Counted from the stretch's first letter, positions 13,735 through 26,652 are shown. The stretch: 64,000 bases of DNA from Octopus vulgaris (GCA_951406725.2 OX597823.1:77376001-77440000), one strand, 5' to 3'. Notes: generated from the sequence alone by a model not told the origin. A program made the numbers and translations.

Positions 13735-13878
13735 TGGCATTAGGAAGGCATTCTGCTGTAGAAACTTTGCCAGATCTGATTGGAGCCCAGTACAGCCTTC
13801 TGGCTTGCCAGTCCTCAGTCAAACCGTCCAACCTTTGATAGCATGGAAAGTGGATGTTAAACAACGATGATGATCATG
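13735..13878 (+). mobile_element. RTE-type 3' tail
   Basis: ggcattaggaaggcattctgctgtagaaac...gcatggaaagtggatgttaaacaacgatgatg. Confidence 0.75.
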
Positions 13879-13899
13879 ATCTATATATCTATCTATCTA

Positions 13900-13935
<36 letters not shown>

Positions 13936-13964
13936 GATAGAGAGAGAGAGAGAGAGAGAGGGAT

Positions 13965-14042
<78 letters not shown>

Positions 14043-14514
14043 GCAGATAGATAGATGTTACATTTTCAGTAGAGTTTGCACATTTCATTGCTGTTGAAGC
14101 AAGGAGCATCTTCTGCTTGCAGAATGTAATATTAAATGCATGACATTTATATATGCATTTAACACTTTTCCTTATGTCTGTAAATTCCAACTTATCCAAA
14201 TTCAACCTGCTTATTTGTCTCTCTAATATTTGGTTAGTGTGAAAATATGTTGATAGCCAAAAAAATTTGTGCCACGATTCTGCTATTCGTAATTTTTGGT
14301 TTTTGCTCAAGATAGCTGAGGGGAATATATTATTCCATCAGCTATGTTGGATAAAATACAGAATTCATCAACTAAAGATCATTGCACAAATTTTTCTGTG
14401 AAATCATGAAACACAAACTATCAACATTTTTTAACTAACAAAACATAAATACAGAAATAAAGAAATTAATAAAAAAAAATACCTTCCTTCATTTATTACA
14501 AATAATATATATAT

Positions 14515-14555
<41 letters not shown>

Positions 14556-14646
14556 CAACAGCTCCATTTAATTGAACAATGTAATCATTACATCAATTTA
14601 AATGCAGTACCATCTTCAGCTGCTCAAATACATATACATATATAAT

Positions 14647-15020
14647 CTTTTACTTGTTTTAGTCATTTGGCTGTGGCCATGCTGGAGCACCGCCTTTAGC
14701 TGAGCAAATCGACCCCAGGACTTATTCTTTGTAAGCCTAGTACTTATTCTATCGGTATCTTTTGCTGAACCGCTAAGTTAAAGGGACATAAACACACCAG
14801 CATCGGTTGTCAAGCAATGTTGGTGGGGACAAAGACAGACACACAAACACACACATATACATGACTTCTTTTCAGTTTCCATCTACCAAACCCACTCACA
14901 AGGCTTTGGTCAGCCCGAGGCTATAGTAGAAGACACTTGCCCAATGTGCCATGCAGTGGGACTGAACCCGGAACCATGTGGTGTTAAGCGAACTACTTAC
15001 CACACAGCCACTCCTACGTC
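14647..15020 (-). mobile_element. SINE family A, full length
   Basis: Reverse-complement match to the family A head, core and tail. Confidence 0.88.
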
Positions 15021-15058
15021 TACATGTGAGATGTAATATGCTGGAATTCCTCTTTATT

Positions 15059-15268
15059 CTTTTCTACTCTAGGCACAAGGCCCAACATTTTGGGGGAGTG
15101 GGCCAGTCAATTAAATCAACCCCACTACACAGCTGGTACTTAATCGACCCTGAAAGGATAAAAGACAAAGTCAACCTCAGCAGAATTTGAACTCAGAACA
15201 TAATGGCAGACGAAATACCACTAAGCATTTCGCCCGGCATGCTAACGTTTCAGCCAACTATCTACCTT
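15059..15268 (-). mobile_element. tRNA-derived SINE family B (Meta-domain-like core), tail type 2
   Basis: B box gagttcaaattc; core ttgactttgtcttttatcctttcagggtcgattaagtaccag. Imperfect 16-bp TSD ggaattcctctttatt (15043-58) / ggaatttctttttatt (15269-84). Confidence 0.82.
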
Positions 15269-16889
15269 GGAATTTCTTTTTATTGTAAACATTAAATGAA
15301 CCAACAGAATGTTGTGCTTGTCTGGTCAAAGTTACAGTTAAAATCATCAAGTTTGCAAATTTTCTGTTTACACTCAAATTTATTTATTATATTGGTCTCT
15401 TGTTCTGAAGTTTGCATACTTTTCTGGTGTTTTGATTTTATTGTATTTTTTTGATATATTGTTAGTGTCAGTTTGTGGCTTGGTGTGATGTATTTTGTTT
15501 CATTTTATGAAGCTTTCAGTCCTCTGTTTGTCTCTTCTATAACTATTTTGCATTTGATTTGTGCAATACACTTTGCGTGTAATGCATCTATTTTTGATAA
15601 GGTTACTCTCTATTGTACTCTTTGCATTGCATTTCTGTCTATAGTAACTTGATCTACAAGACTTCTTGAATGTTTGTTGTTAATCTATGTTTGGTTTGTT
15701 CTGTAGTTTTCTTTATCTGGTGTATCATTGATGGGAGAGAATCCAAACAGTCCTTTAAGTAGTGAATTTGCTATTGATATTTTTCTAGGTATGTGGGCAT
15801 TCACTGTCTCTGTCTCAGTATAAGCATATTCTTTTGTGTGGGGTTATGTGCCTTTGGTGTATACTGACAATGAATTTATTGATTTTTAATTTGAGCATAT
15901 GTTGAGCTAGGTGCTGAATTTTAGTACTGAGTTGTTCTCTAGGTCTTCCTTTAATGTCAAAATTCCCTCTGATATGTCCATTACAACTGGTATATCATTT
16001 ACATCTAGTGACCAAGATATTTGTGTTTATGTATCATTTTCTTTGTTTCCATTACTATTTTTTTTTTCAATCTTATATTGATTTTCATGACTTATTTTGT
16101 GCTTTTTTGATTTTGATTTTATTTTAAAAAATTTAACTGTTCCTTTTATATGACACATATATAATACAAAATCACATTAAAAATACAAATCCAAAACCAG
16201 GAGAAAATATTGGAAAAAGAGGAACAAAGAAAGAAAAAAGCTATGTCTTGAACACTATCTTGAATGTTCTTGAAATTTGAGCCCTTTTTTCCTTAGTTAA
16301 GCTGTTTAGCACCTAAACCATTGTAGAGTAGTTGACAGTCAAAGGACTCACATACCACATCTCATGCAATAAGTCAACCAGAAAAGAAAACGGTTGGCAG
16401 AACATATCTCAGCTCTCACCAAACTGACCTCAACTGTTTTCGTGTTCTCTCATCTTCAAAATAACTAATGGCCAAGCAAATAAGCTGATCCCTACATTGT
16501 TGTCTCATTACAAGTAAGGATTTTATAGTTTATGTATACATGCTTAGTCTCTCCTCAATAAAATCTTATTAAATGTTCATGGGTTTGCTTATTGTAATAA
16601 TATATACAACCAGCTTTATTTTGCACCATGTTTAATACAGCATCAACAACAATTTTGACAGTGAAATAGCGCCTCATAACCAACTGCAATATTGGTGACC
16701 ACCAAATTTAACACAGTATTATATTTGGATAATCATAGTGGTGCTTTTATGTAGCTAATGGAATGGTGTACACTAAACTTTAACAGTTCCCTTTTTGTGA
16801 ATGGTGAACCTTGGAGGCATTTTTTTCATGCACATGCACTCATGCACGTGTGTGTGTGTGTGTATGTATACATAGTTATACATGCTTGC

Positions 16890-17295
16890 ATAAGCAAAAA
16901 CTTGGAATGTGGAAAGTAAAAGAATATTTAATATTTCTGCAGAGTTACAGCTGTTTCATAATTTACTCCTAGTTACATCATAAACTTCATTACATTGGAA
17001 CTTATTACATTAAATACACATCAGACACACACACATTATATACATGTAGACATGCATATATATGCACACACCACACAACCTTATACAGTATAATTGTATA
17101 GACATCCAACAATGCACAAAACAGAGAAAGCTAATCTTCTTGCCATATTCCATATACACTACATGTGTGTACTGTGTATTGTATATGTACCAACTCCTCA
17201 AAGTGAATGATGTAACAGGGAGTAAACTATGAAACAGCTGAAACTGTTCAGAAATGATAAATTTTTCTCTTGCCCATCACATCTCCTTTTCTTTG
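16890..17295. repeat. Inverted pair of Penelope-like terminal-repeat fragments with decayed hammerhead
   Basis: 16890-16990 (minus) and 17200-17295 (plus) are inverted copies sharing atgatgtaac..ggagtaaa.tatGAAACAGCTG. A third copy lies at 17900-18000 (minus). Confidence 0.6.
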
Positions 17296-18000
17296 CTCCT
17301 TATATATATACTACAATGGAAATATTACTTCGTGTATCCTGAATTTTCAGTTGCATAATTGTGTTCAATTACATCATAAGTTAATTAATGGGTGACCTGA
17401 CAGCCACTTTCTCAGCAAGAGTGCTTACAGTGAGTTTTACTTAATTATCCAAATTGAATTATCTACTTCATATATATTGGTAAGGCTTAGCTGTCAGGTC
17501 ACACATTAATTAATTTGTGATGTAACTGAACACAACTATGCAACTGAAAATCCAAGATACTCACAGTAATGTTTCCATTATAGCATATATAAGAAGCAAA
17601 GTAAAGGAGAGTGTTGTATCCTCTGTCTCCAATGTCATGATATTGTGACAGATGGTTTAGATGCACTGTACCAGTGTAGTAACAGTAAACAAGATAACGA
17701 TGCAGCCATAATAACAACTTAATGATCCAACAATCTCTTCATGAACCAACAATCAATATTCCAAATGAATTAACCAATTGACACCTTTCGACTTCACTGT
17801 GAACTCATCTCAAACTAACACACAAATTTCACTCCCTCTGCTACTGTTTATAATCGCTTGGTCCAGTCTATTTCTTGCAAGAGGGCGTCATGTCTCTCCT
17901 CCAAACAGAGATGTAAGAGGCAAGAGAAAACTTTGTTATTTCTGAATGTTTACAGTTGTTTCACAGTTTAATTGTAGTTACATCATTCACTTTGAGGAGG

Positions 18001-19603
18001 CTTTCAGTGACATTCTTGTATCCATTTGGGAGGAAGATAGTATGCAAGCATACTTCTGAGATGCCACCATAATTACACTCCACAAGAACAAAGGAGTCAA
18101 ATCGGACTGCAGAAATTACAGGGGTATTTTCCTGCTTTCCATTGCTGGAAAAATCCTGGCCTGCATCCTCTTTAACAGGCTCATCACCAGCGTCTCTGAG
18201 AGCAACTTACCTGAAGTCCAGTGTGGCTTCTGCGTCATAGATATGGTGTTTGCTTTGTGTCAAGTCAAGGAGAAATGTATTGAACAATGGATGGATTTGT
18301 ACTCTGTGTTCATAGATGTGACCAAAGTTTTGGCACCGTTAACAGAGAAGCTTTGTGGCCCATCCTAACGAAACTGGGCTGCCCACACAAGTTCACCACA
18401 TTGATAAGACTCTTTTGATGACAATATGACCAGTCAAATTCTATGTGATGGCATGAAACAGAGCTGCGTACTCACCCCCATCTTATTCAACTTGTTCTTC
18501 ATACAGGTTCTACCTTTCACAGTGAAAGACCTAGATCTGGGCACACCCATCAAACATTGCTCAGACAACTCTGTTTTGGCCTACACCGACTCTCTGCTCA
18601 AATCAAGACATTGGAAAAGCTTATCTCTGAAGGTATATTTGCAAATGACTGTGCCCTTATGGCACATAAGAAAAATCACCTGCAAAAGTATCAGCATTCT
18701 TTGGACTGACCATCAGCCTTGAGAAAATGGAGATCCTAGTTCAAGCAGCCATGAACACAATTCACTCCCAGCCAAACATCACCATTGAGGGAGTCCATCT
18801 TAAGTGTTTGAAGATTTCAAGTACCTTGGCAGCACAATCTCAGCCAATGGATCATTGGTCAGCGAAATTCTATCCAGAAACTACAAGGCCAGCCAAGCAC
18901 TTGGAAGACTGAAAGTGAAAGTACTCCAGCAGAAAGGCATCAGACTATCAACAAAGCTCAAGATTTACAAGGCAGTAGTCGTTTCTACACTATTCTATGA
19001 ATGTCAAACATTAACCCCATACTGTCGGCACATCAAACAGCTGGGACAGTTACACACAAGGGCACTGTGCAGGATTCATGGGCATTTTCTGGCAGGACAG
19101 TGTGAAAAGCCAAGAAGAGCTGGACAGAGGTTGTTCAACAAGCATTGAGTCAATGTTGCTGAAGGCTCAGTTACACTACTGGCTATGTCATCAGAATGAC
19201 TAACCACCATGTACTCAGACAGCTGTTATATGGTGAGCTCATGCTGGAATCACGCAAATGGGGAAGACCTATACTGGCATACAAGGACACACTGAAAAGT
19301 GACCTCAAAGGGAGTGACATTAGCCCATGTGAACTTGAAGCCTCTACCACAGAGAGATCAGTGTGGAGGTCTTTCACTTCATGAACAGCAGCTGCTATCG
19401 TAGAAGACCAGTGACATCTCGATACTGAAAGAGAAAGATGTCACAGGACAGCATCTGCCTCAGTCCTGTCAATAGACTATCACTGTAACATCTGTGAGCA
19501 TCTGTGAACATCTGTGTGCTTCCAGCTTTCGACTGAAGAATTACAAGCACTCTCGTCACTGAGAACACAGACTTTGTTGTCATCAGAAACTGATGGACTA
19601 CCA
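18001..19603 (+). mobile_element. 5'-truncated, decayed RTE-clade LINE (RT and C-terminal domain)
   Basis: DATIITLHKNKGVKSDCRNYRGIFLLSIAGKILACILFNRL; LPEVQCGF; DLYSVFIDVTK; GMKQSCVLTPILFNLFF; FKYLGSTIS; LSTKLKIYKAVVVSTLFYECQT; LRQLLYGEL..RKWGRPILAYKDTLK. Multiple frameshifts and stops. Confidence 0.93.
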
Positions 19604-20031
19604 ATCTTATAAATGTAAGTGTTTTGACTGGACAGTTGGATACAATGCTGGCTGCAATGTGTTTCCTCATATTGCTGCTGGCTATGCTACTGGGGCAACA
19701 CTTGCCCTGGGTGGAACAGAATGCCAAACCATCACAGACTTAACCATTTGTAGCTGAGTAGACTGGAAGAATGGTGTGTTTTGCTTCGGAACACAATAAG
19801 GTACCAGGCTGGGAATCAAAACCACACTCAATTAACTGAGAGTACAACACGAATATGGCATGCATATGTATATATGTATGTATGTATATGTGTGTGTATG
19901 TATATATATATATATATATATACATATGTGTGTATATCTATCTCTTTCTCTCTCTCAATATACATACATATATATATATACATATGTGTGTATATCTATG
20001 TGTGTATATCTATCTCTTTCTCTCTCTCAAT

Positions 20032-20081
<50 letters not shown>

Positions 20082-20515
20082 CAATAACTCATGAGGAATA
20101 AGCAACACCCTGTCCTGTGTGTAAATTTTCTATTTGTTCCTTTGTTTTCATTATGTTCAAATGTTGGAACTTAATATACATTTATATATATTGTTTATTT
20201 GATTTCATTATGACCTGCATCTACCAACATTATGAATGATCACTGAGCCTCCAGAAACAGCTGTTGGACTTATAACACCTTACCTCTTCCCCTTTAATTT
20301 TCTCTGTCATTTGCACTCTGTGTAAGTTTGATCTATTAGTATAAATATCTATATATATATATCTATCTATATATTTATACTTAAATATTAATTCTCACAA
20401 AGTTTTCAGTCTCTACTTCCTCTCTATTTGCATGTATACATATATACATTTTTTTTATATCAAAGACATGGTGTTATATTTAATTTATTTGTTCACAAAA
20501 TTCTCTCTTTCTGTC

Positions 20516-20904
20516 TCTGACTTACATACAATAGAAATGATATCAGGAATTACATGGGTTCAATAAGAGTTTTACGAGTCTAACAGCTGTTTCTGGGGGC
20601 TTGGTGATCCACAATAATGACTGCAAAATGATTCCATCATTAGGTAATACCAGCCTCCATCTTCAGGGAAGAATTTTACATTTGAGATGTTGTCAAAGGA
20701 GATTAAAGGTTTTAATCTACTTTCTGTCAATACCTCAAATGTAAAATTCTTCCCTGAAGACAGAGGCTGGTATCATCCAATGATAGAATCATTTTGCAAT
20801 CATTATTGTACATCACCAAGCACCCAGGTACAGCTGTTGGACTCATAAACCTCTTACTCAACCCCTTTAATTCCTGATATCATTTCTATTCTGTGTAAGT
20901 CAGA
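20516..20904. repeat. ~390-bp imperfect palindrome of Penelope-like terminal-repeat sequence
   Basis: Arms mirror each other around gattaaa-ggt-tttaatc (centre ~20709). Each arm carries the (GAA)ACAGCTGT hammerhead helix-III palindrome. A partial third copy lies at 20225-20330. Confidence 0.85.
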
Positions 20905-20992
20905 TCTTCTGATATGTAAACATATGTACAATTTTTTGTATTAAATATATTTGATATTTTTTGTATATCAACTGGCCTAACTTGCTTATCCT

Positions 20993-21029
<37 letters not shown>

Positions 21030-21030
<1 letters not shown>

Positions 21031-21520
21031 TGGATGAGGACAACTGTGTATGGATGAAGACAGCTGCATAAAGAAGTACCAAGCTATAATTGTAGAGGAG
21101 GGTACCTGTGGGAGGGAAACGTGTGATGAAGTGGTGAGAAAGGATCTTTGGATGCTGGGTCTCACTGAATAAATGACATGGGACTGGAAGATGTGACAAT
21201 TTGCTGTACTTGATAAGACAATATCAAGCTAAGTAAAATTGCTGTCTTCCACACATACAGGCTTGTCCTTTCAGGTGCTAGTGCCACTTAAGAGGCACTC
21301 ATGCCAGTGCTGTGTTAATGCACCCATGCCGGTGAAATGTAAAAAGCATGCAGCACACACTGCTAAGTGGTTGGCATTAGGAAGGGCATCCATCTGTAGA
21401 AATCATGCCACAACAGACAATTAGTTTGCACAGCACCCTGCTAGCCAGATCCATGTCAAACCATCCAACCCATGCCAGCATGGAAAGCAGACATCAAAGG
21501 ATGATGATGATGATGATTGA
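21030..21520 (+). mobile_element. RTE LINE 3' end (C-terminal coding remnant, 3' UTR and (GAT)n tail)
   Basis: MDEDSCIKKYQAIIVE...ETCDEVVRKDLWMLGLTE*MT, followed by the common tail and gatgatgat. Confidence 0.8.
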
Positions 21521-21539
21521 TATATATATATATATAAAT

Positions 21540-21855
21540 AGTGGCACGTAAAAAGCACCACCGAACAGGGACGATGCCAGCACCGTCTTGACTGGCTTTC
21601 GTGCCAGTGATACATAAAAAGCACCAACTGATTGTGGCCGTTGCCAGTCTCTCCTGGCACCTGTGCCAGTGGCATGTAAAAAGCACCCACTACACTCACG
21701 GAGTGGTTGGTGTTAGGAAGGGCATCCAGCTGTAGAAATACTACTAGATCAGACTGGAGCCTGGTGCAGTCTCCTGGCTTCCCAGACCCCGGCCAAACCG
21801 TCCAACCCATGCTAGCATGGAAAACGGACGTTAAACGATGATGATGATGATGATG
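21540..21855 (+). mobile_element. RTE-type 3' UTR with internal 'ggcacgtaaaaagcacc' repeats
   Basis: Three spaced copies of g(g/a)cacgtaaaaagcacc, then the common tail and (GAT)n. Confidence 0.75.
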
Positions 21856-21948
21856 TATATATACACAGCAATTGAGTATTACCTGCAGAAATATAACTGG
21901 ATCCCATTCTACAGGTAAACCGTTGCGTAATCAAATTCCTGTGTATAT

Positions 21949-22181
21949 TATTTCTTTATTGCCCACAAGGGGCTAAACACAGAGGGGACAAACAAGGACA
22001 GACAAAGGGATTAAGCTGATTACATAGACCCCAGTGTGTAACTGGTACTTAATTTATCGACCTCGAAAGGATAAAGGGCAAAGTCAACCTTGGCGGAATT
22101 TGAAGTCAGAACGTAACTGCAGACGAAATACCACTAAGCATTTCACCCAGTGTGCTAACGTTTCTGCCAGCTCACCGCCTT
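21949..22181 (-). mobile_element. SINE family B, tail type 1
   Basis: Full copy. TSD attcctgtgtatat (21935-48) / attcctgtatatat (22182-95). Confidence 0.88.
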
Positions 22182-22441
22182 ATTCCTGTATATATATGTG
22201 AAGAATTATATTGTATGGAAGCATATGTAATGATTAGAAAATAACTGTCTAACCTTATTCCCTCTTGTTCACTCTATCGTATTCAAATTTATTTTCACAA
22301 CCTTATGAATGCCTAAACCTAGACTTGGAAGTATAACATAATACTACCAGCTATTCAGTAATTCTAAGGGTGAACAAGCTCTATTTTGTACTCTACTACA
22401 TTCCATTCCTAATGGAATACACCTTGAGTATATATATATAT

Positions 22442-22478
<37 letters not shown>

Positions 22479-22571
22479 TATAGATATATATACATACATA
22501 CATACACATACACACATATATATGTATACACACACACACACATATATATATTAAATATATATATATATATA

Positions 22572-22775
22572 CCGTGTCTCTTGACAAATAAGATGACCTT
22601 TCTTTTCCAAAAACTGCCCCAGTAAATCATCCCACATACTATAATTTTGAGATCTATATTCCATTTTAATCTATATTACATTTTAATGCACTAAAACCTT
22701 TGTTCTTTGAACATTCACTCCTCAAATTGGGGTACGTCTAATATACCTGTGCATCATTTAGGCTACCAAAGATGG
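22572..22775. mobile_element. pogo/Tigger-like MITE
   Basis: TA-CCGTG..AAATAAGATGAC at the left end; GCATCATTTAG..AAAGATGG-TA at the right end, with an internal cgtctaata subrepeat. Confidence 0.45.
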
Positions 22776-22896
22776 TACACACAAAAATATATACATGTAT
22801 CAGGTTACTGAAGACTTCAGTCACTCACCTTTCAACCTCGCACAATCCTCTAATTAGTAACATGTCTTAATCTTTCATCAACAAAGAACCTGGTGA

Positions 22897-23137
22897 GGGT
22901 GGTGAACTGGCAGAATCGTTAGCACACTGGGAGAAATGCTTACCAGTATTTCATCTGCCATTAGATTCTGAGTTCAAATTCTGCCAAGGTCAACTTTGCC
23001 TTTCATCATTTTGGGGTCGATTAAATAAGTGCCAGTCATGCATTGAGGTCTATGTAATCCACTTAATCCCTTTGTCTGTCCTTCTTTGATCCCCCCCCCC
23101 CCCGCCATGTTTAGGCCCCTGTGGGCAATAAAGGAAT
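22897..23137 (+). mobile_element. SINE family B, tail type 1
   Basis: Full copy. Exact 14-bp TSD aaagaacctggtga (22883-96 / 23138-51). Confidence 0.9.
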
Positions 23138-23413
23138 AAAGAACCTGGTGAACAAGTATAAACCTTTGCATTGAAGACTTGTCTACCTCTCTAGTGTTGG
23201 TTGCATACATTCACCTCTTGCACACCCAATAACTTTATTTCTGCTAGGAAGGCCATCCACTCTTAGAAATTATACCAACACTAAAGCACAAGCAAACTGT
23301 GGCTCTCTGTCCCATGTATGTGAGCACACTTTTAACAATGGTGACACACACAGCATATGTCTTATATATAATGCATGTGTTTGCATACATTCATGTATAA
23401 AATATATACATAT

Positions 23414-23444
<31 letters not shown>

Positions 23445-23529
23445 CATATATATATACACATGTATATAGCTACCATGTGTATGTATATGTGTGTGTGTGT
23501 ATATATATATGTGTATATATGTATATATG

Positions 23530-23563
<34 letters not shown>

Positions 23564-23750
23564 AAGTATGGGGGTTTAGTTCACAAGTGATCTAAACAAT
23601 TAGGAATACTAGGTAAATGATGTAACAAATTACCAGGGGTCCATGGTTATAGCTGAGATGGTAGTTATGGAGCCATTACGGATTTCTGATGCAGTGGATA
23701 TTTAATTGTTGTCCTCTTTATCAATTATATATATTTATAAATATATATAT

Positions 23751-23790
<40 letters not shown>

Positions 23791-24415
23791 AATTGCAACT
23801 AATTGGCTATCTTACTAAACAATTTTTGTTTCTTTTTTCGGTGATTTTCAGTGTGAGCCCTAATCTCTCACCAGGATCGACACCATCCCATTTCTGAATT
23901 TCACTCACAAAAATCCAGACCAGTTTTCCATTATGCAGACAAAAAAATAAACACCATAATATCATGATGTACTACTTTCTACTGCAGCAGTTCTACAGGT
24001 AGGATTTCTTCCAATGTTTATTTCCACACAGCATCAGAGTTACTGCATATAGTTCAAGTTTTTCTGTAGTCTTCCACCAACGAAGCTGCAGAAAAAAATT
24101 ATATAAAATTAGAATTTAATTTTTTATCTTTAAAAGATTTATTCAAATCAATTTTCAAGCACGGACTCTGTCAAAATGAAACTGATTTAAAATAGTAATA
24201 AAAGTAAATGAAAGAAATAGAAATCCCACAGGAAAATAAATAGAAAAATAAATATTGGCTGGTACTATATTTCACCAAATGCGAATATTGTCAGCAAACT
24301 TTGGTTTGTAATTTAATATTGCAAAGCACAGTAATAAATAATAATAATAATAATAACTGCTTGAAAGTTTGGCACAAGACCAGAAATTTTGAGGGTAGCT
24401 AATTAAAAAAACAAA

Positions 24416-24512
24416 TGCCCACGGGCTTATGGTGTAGTGGTTAAGAGCGCAGGCTACTAACCCCAAGATTCCAAGTTCGATTCCAAGCAGTGACCTGAAC
24501 AATAACAATAGC

Positions 24513-24556
<44 letters not shown>

Positions 24557-24744
24557 TAATATCAAAAAATACCTTAGGAATGAGAACCCAGGTTCGAAAT
24601 TTCCCCAAGACACCTGAAGAAGACTGGAGGGTCTATCAGCTGAAACTTTGTGTTAACAACAAAAAAGATGAGGACAAATATCCATCGAAAGTAAATAATG
24701 TAAATAATGTACGCAATTCCTCATCTCTTAAATATAGAACTGTG
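24416..24744 (+). mobile_element. tRNA-headed SINE with (AAT)n spacer and hammerhead-bearing tail
   Basis: Head tggtgtagtggttaagagc (A box), ctactaa loop, gttcgattcc (B box); (AAT)n spacer; hammerhead fold at 24609-24654; flanking direct repeat aaaaaacaaa (24406-15 / 24745-54). Confidence 0.75.
24609..24654 (+). ncRNA. Minimal type I hammerhead ribozyme fold (degenerate)
   Basis: GACAC-CTGAAGA-AG(A)CTG-loop-CAGCT-GAAA-CTTT-GTGTT. Helix I GACAC/GTGTT and helix II are present; helix III is imperfect. Confidence 0.6.
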
Positions 24745-24871
24745 AAAAAACAAAGTTGACCCCTCTTCCATATGATGACATAAAGTACCAGTGAAGTACT
24801 AGTGTCAACGGCAACAACAAACACTACCCTCAAAATTTGTTTGCCTTGGGCCTCAATTGAAAACTATCATA

Positions 24872-24904
<33 letters not shown>

Positions 24905-24906
<2 letters not shown>

Positions 24907-25802
24907 GAAAGTGGTGAGCTAGCAGAATCATTAGCATGTCAGACAAGCTGTTCGGTCATAAACCATCAGTTTCACATTGGGGCCGATGTAATCAATTAGA
25001 CCCCATCCCACAAAATTTCAGACCATGTGCCCATAGTGGAAAGGATTATTTTTGGTTTGTCTCAGGTTCAGTCTTATTCCTGGAAGGGATTATGTGGATT
25101 AAGGTATCCACCAGTTTTCAGCAGTCTTTTAAATGTTTATTTAGGACCCTCCTGATAACCCTTGCTGTCTCTAAGAGACAAACTTTCCATAGGAGCTCTA
25201 CCAGGCATTTCTATTTCAATCTCCCTCAGTCATTTGTCTAAATCTTGGCTGACCATTCCCAGGACACCAATTATTATAGGCATGACCTTTACTGTTTGCA
25301 AGCTCCAAATTCCTCCTATTTCAAATTTTAGGGGACTTTTTTTCTCTGCTTTTCTTCCTCTTTATTTACAGTAGTAATTGTAGCTGTAGTAGTATTAATT
25401 GTTATTAAATTGTTATAGTGTCTTGCAACATTTGGTCACAGTCTTTTGATTTTGATTTCAAATCCCACCAAAGTCAACTCTGCATTTCATTGCCCTGGGA
25501 TCAATGGCATAAAGCACTAGTAAAGTACTAAAACCAACTGACTAACTTCCTTCCACAATTCTCAAGCCTATGTTTGAATCAAATATTATTCTTGAAGGAG
25601 ACAGACTGGCAGAAGCATAAGCCCAAAATGCTTAGCAGCATTTTATCCATCTCTATGTTCTGTGTTCAAAATCTACCAAGGTCACATTTGCTTGCCATCC
25701 TTTCATAGTTGATAAAATAAGTACCAGTTGAGTACTGGGGTCAATATAATTGACTAGACCTCACTTCCTCAAAATTTCAGACTTTGTACCTATAGCAGAA
25801 AG

Positions 25803-25858
<56 letters not shown>

Positions 25859-26064
25859 CATCATCATCATCATCATTATTATTAAGGTGGTGAGCTGACA
25901 CAATTGTTAGCACGCCAGACAAAATGTTTTTTATGTCAATTTTGTCAATTTTGCCTTTCATCCTTTCAGGGTTGATAAAATAAATACCAGTTACACACTG
26001 GTGTCAATGTAATTGACTATACCCTCCCCCAAAATTCCAGGCCTTGTACCTATAGTAGAAAAGA

Positions 26065-26115
<51 letters not shown>
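24905..26115 (+). mobile_element. Chain of SINE family B (tail type 2) copies separated by (ATT)n
   Basis: Copies at about 24905-25045, 25450-25580, 25595-25805 and 25884-26065, most ending ...gtgcc/acctatagtagaaa.gatt(att)n. Confidence 0.75.
25100..25370 (-). mobile_element. R4/Dong-type RLE LINE 3' fragment
   Basis: The minus strand encodes PLKFEIGGIWSLQTVKVMPIIIGVLGMVSQDLDK*LREIEIE / ELLWKVCLLETARVIRRVL. Confidence 0.75.
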
Positions 26116-26120
<5 letters not shown>

Positions 26121-26490
26121 TCAGACACATATCAGCAATGCTAAAAGAAGAATGGGTTAATTCTATCAACCCAAGTACTTGATTGGTACTTTATTTGTCA
26201 ACTGCAGAAGGAGAAAAAGCAAAGTTAATCTCCATGGGATTTGAACTTGCAATGTCTCACTTAGGCTTAACCACACAGAATTTTGGTAATGAATTATATT
26301 TGTTTTAAACCAACATTCAGAATTTCAATAGTACTTCAATTAATTATCAAAAAAAAATGAAATGTAAGTTTGACCTCAAATGTGTTTGAACTTTCAATGT
26401 AAAGGAAAGTCTCCATGGAATTTTAATTTTTTTTTTTTATGTATATTGAACAAAGGTAATAAATATGCAGAGAAAGAGTTTAGGCAATTA

Positions 26491-26652
26491 GGTGCAGGTG
26501 TGGCTGTGTGATAAGAAGCTTGATTCCCAACCACAGGGTTCTTGGTTCAGTCCCACCACATGACACCTTGAGTGAGTGCTTACTGTTATAACCTTGGACC
26601 AACCAAAGCTTCATGAGTTGATTTGGTAGATAGAAACAGAAAGAAGCCCATC

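Noticed and set aside
13897-14310. 137-aa minus-strand ORF with a unique N-terminal half
   Set aside because: Non-ATG start, no recognisable domain, runs into (GATA)n.
24418-24497. Possible tRNA gene
   Set aside because: Acceptor and anticodon stems do not pair properly and no oligo-T terminator follows; it is a SINE head.
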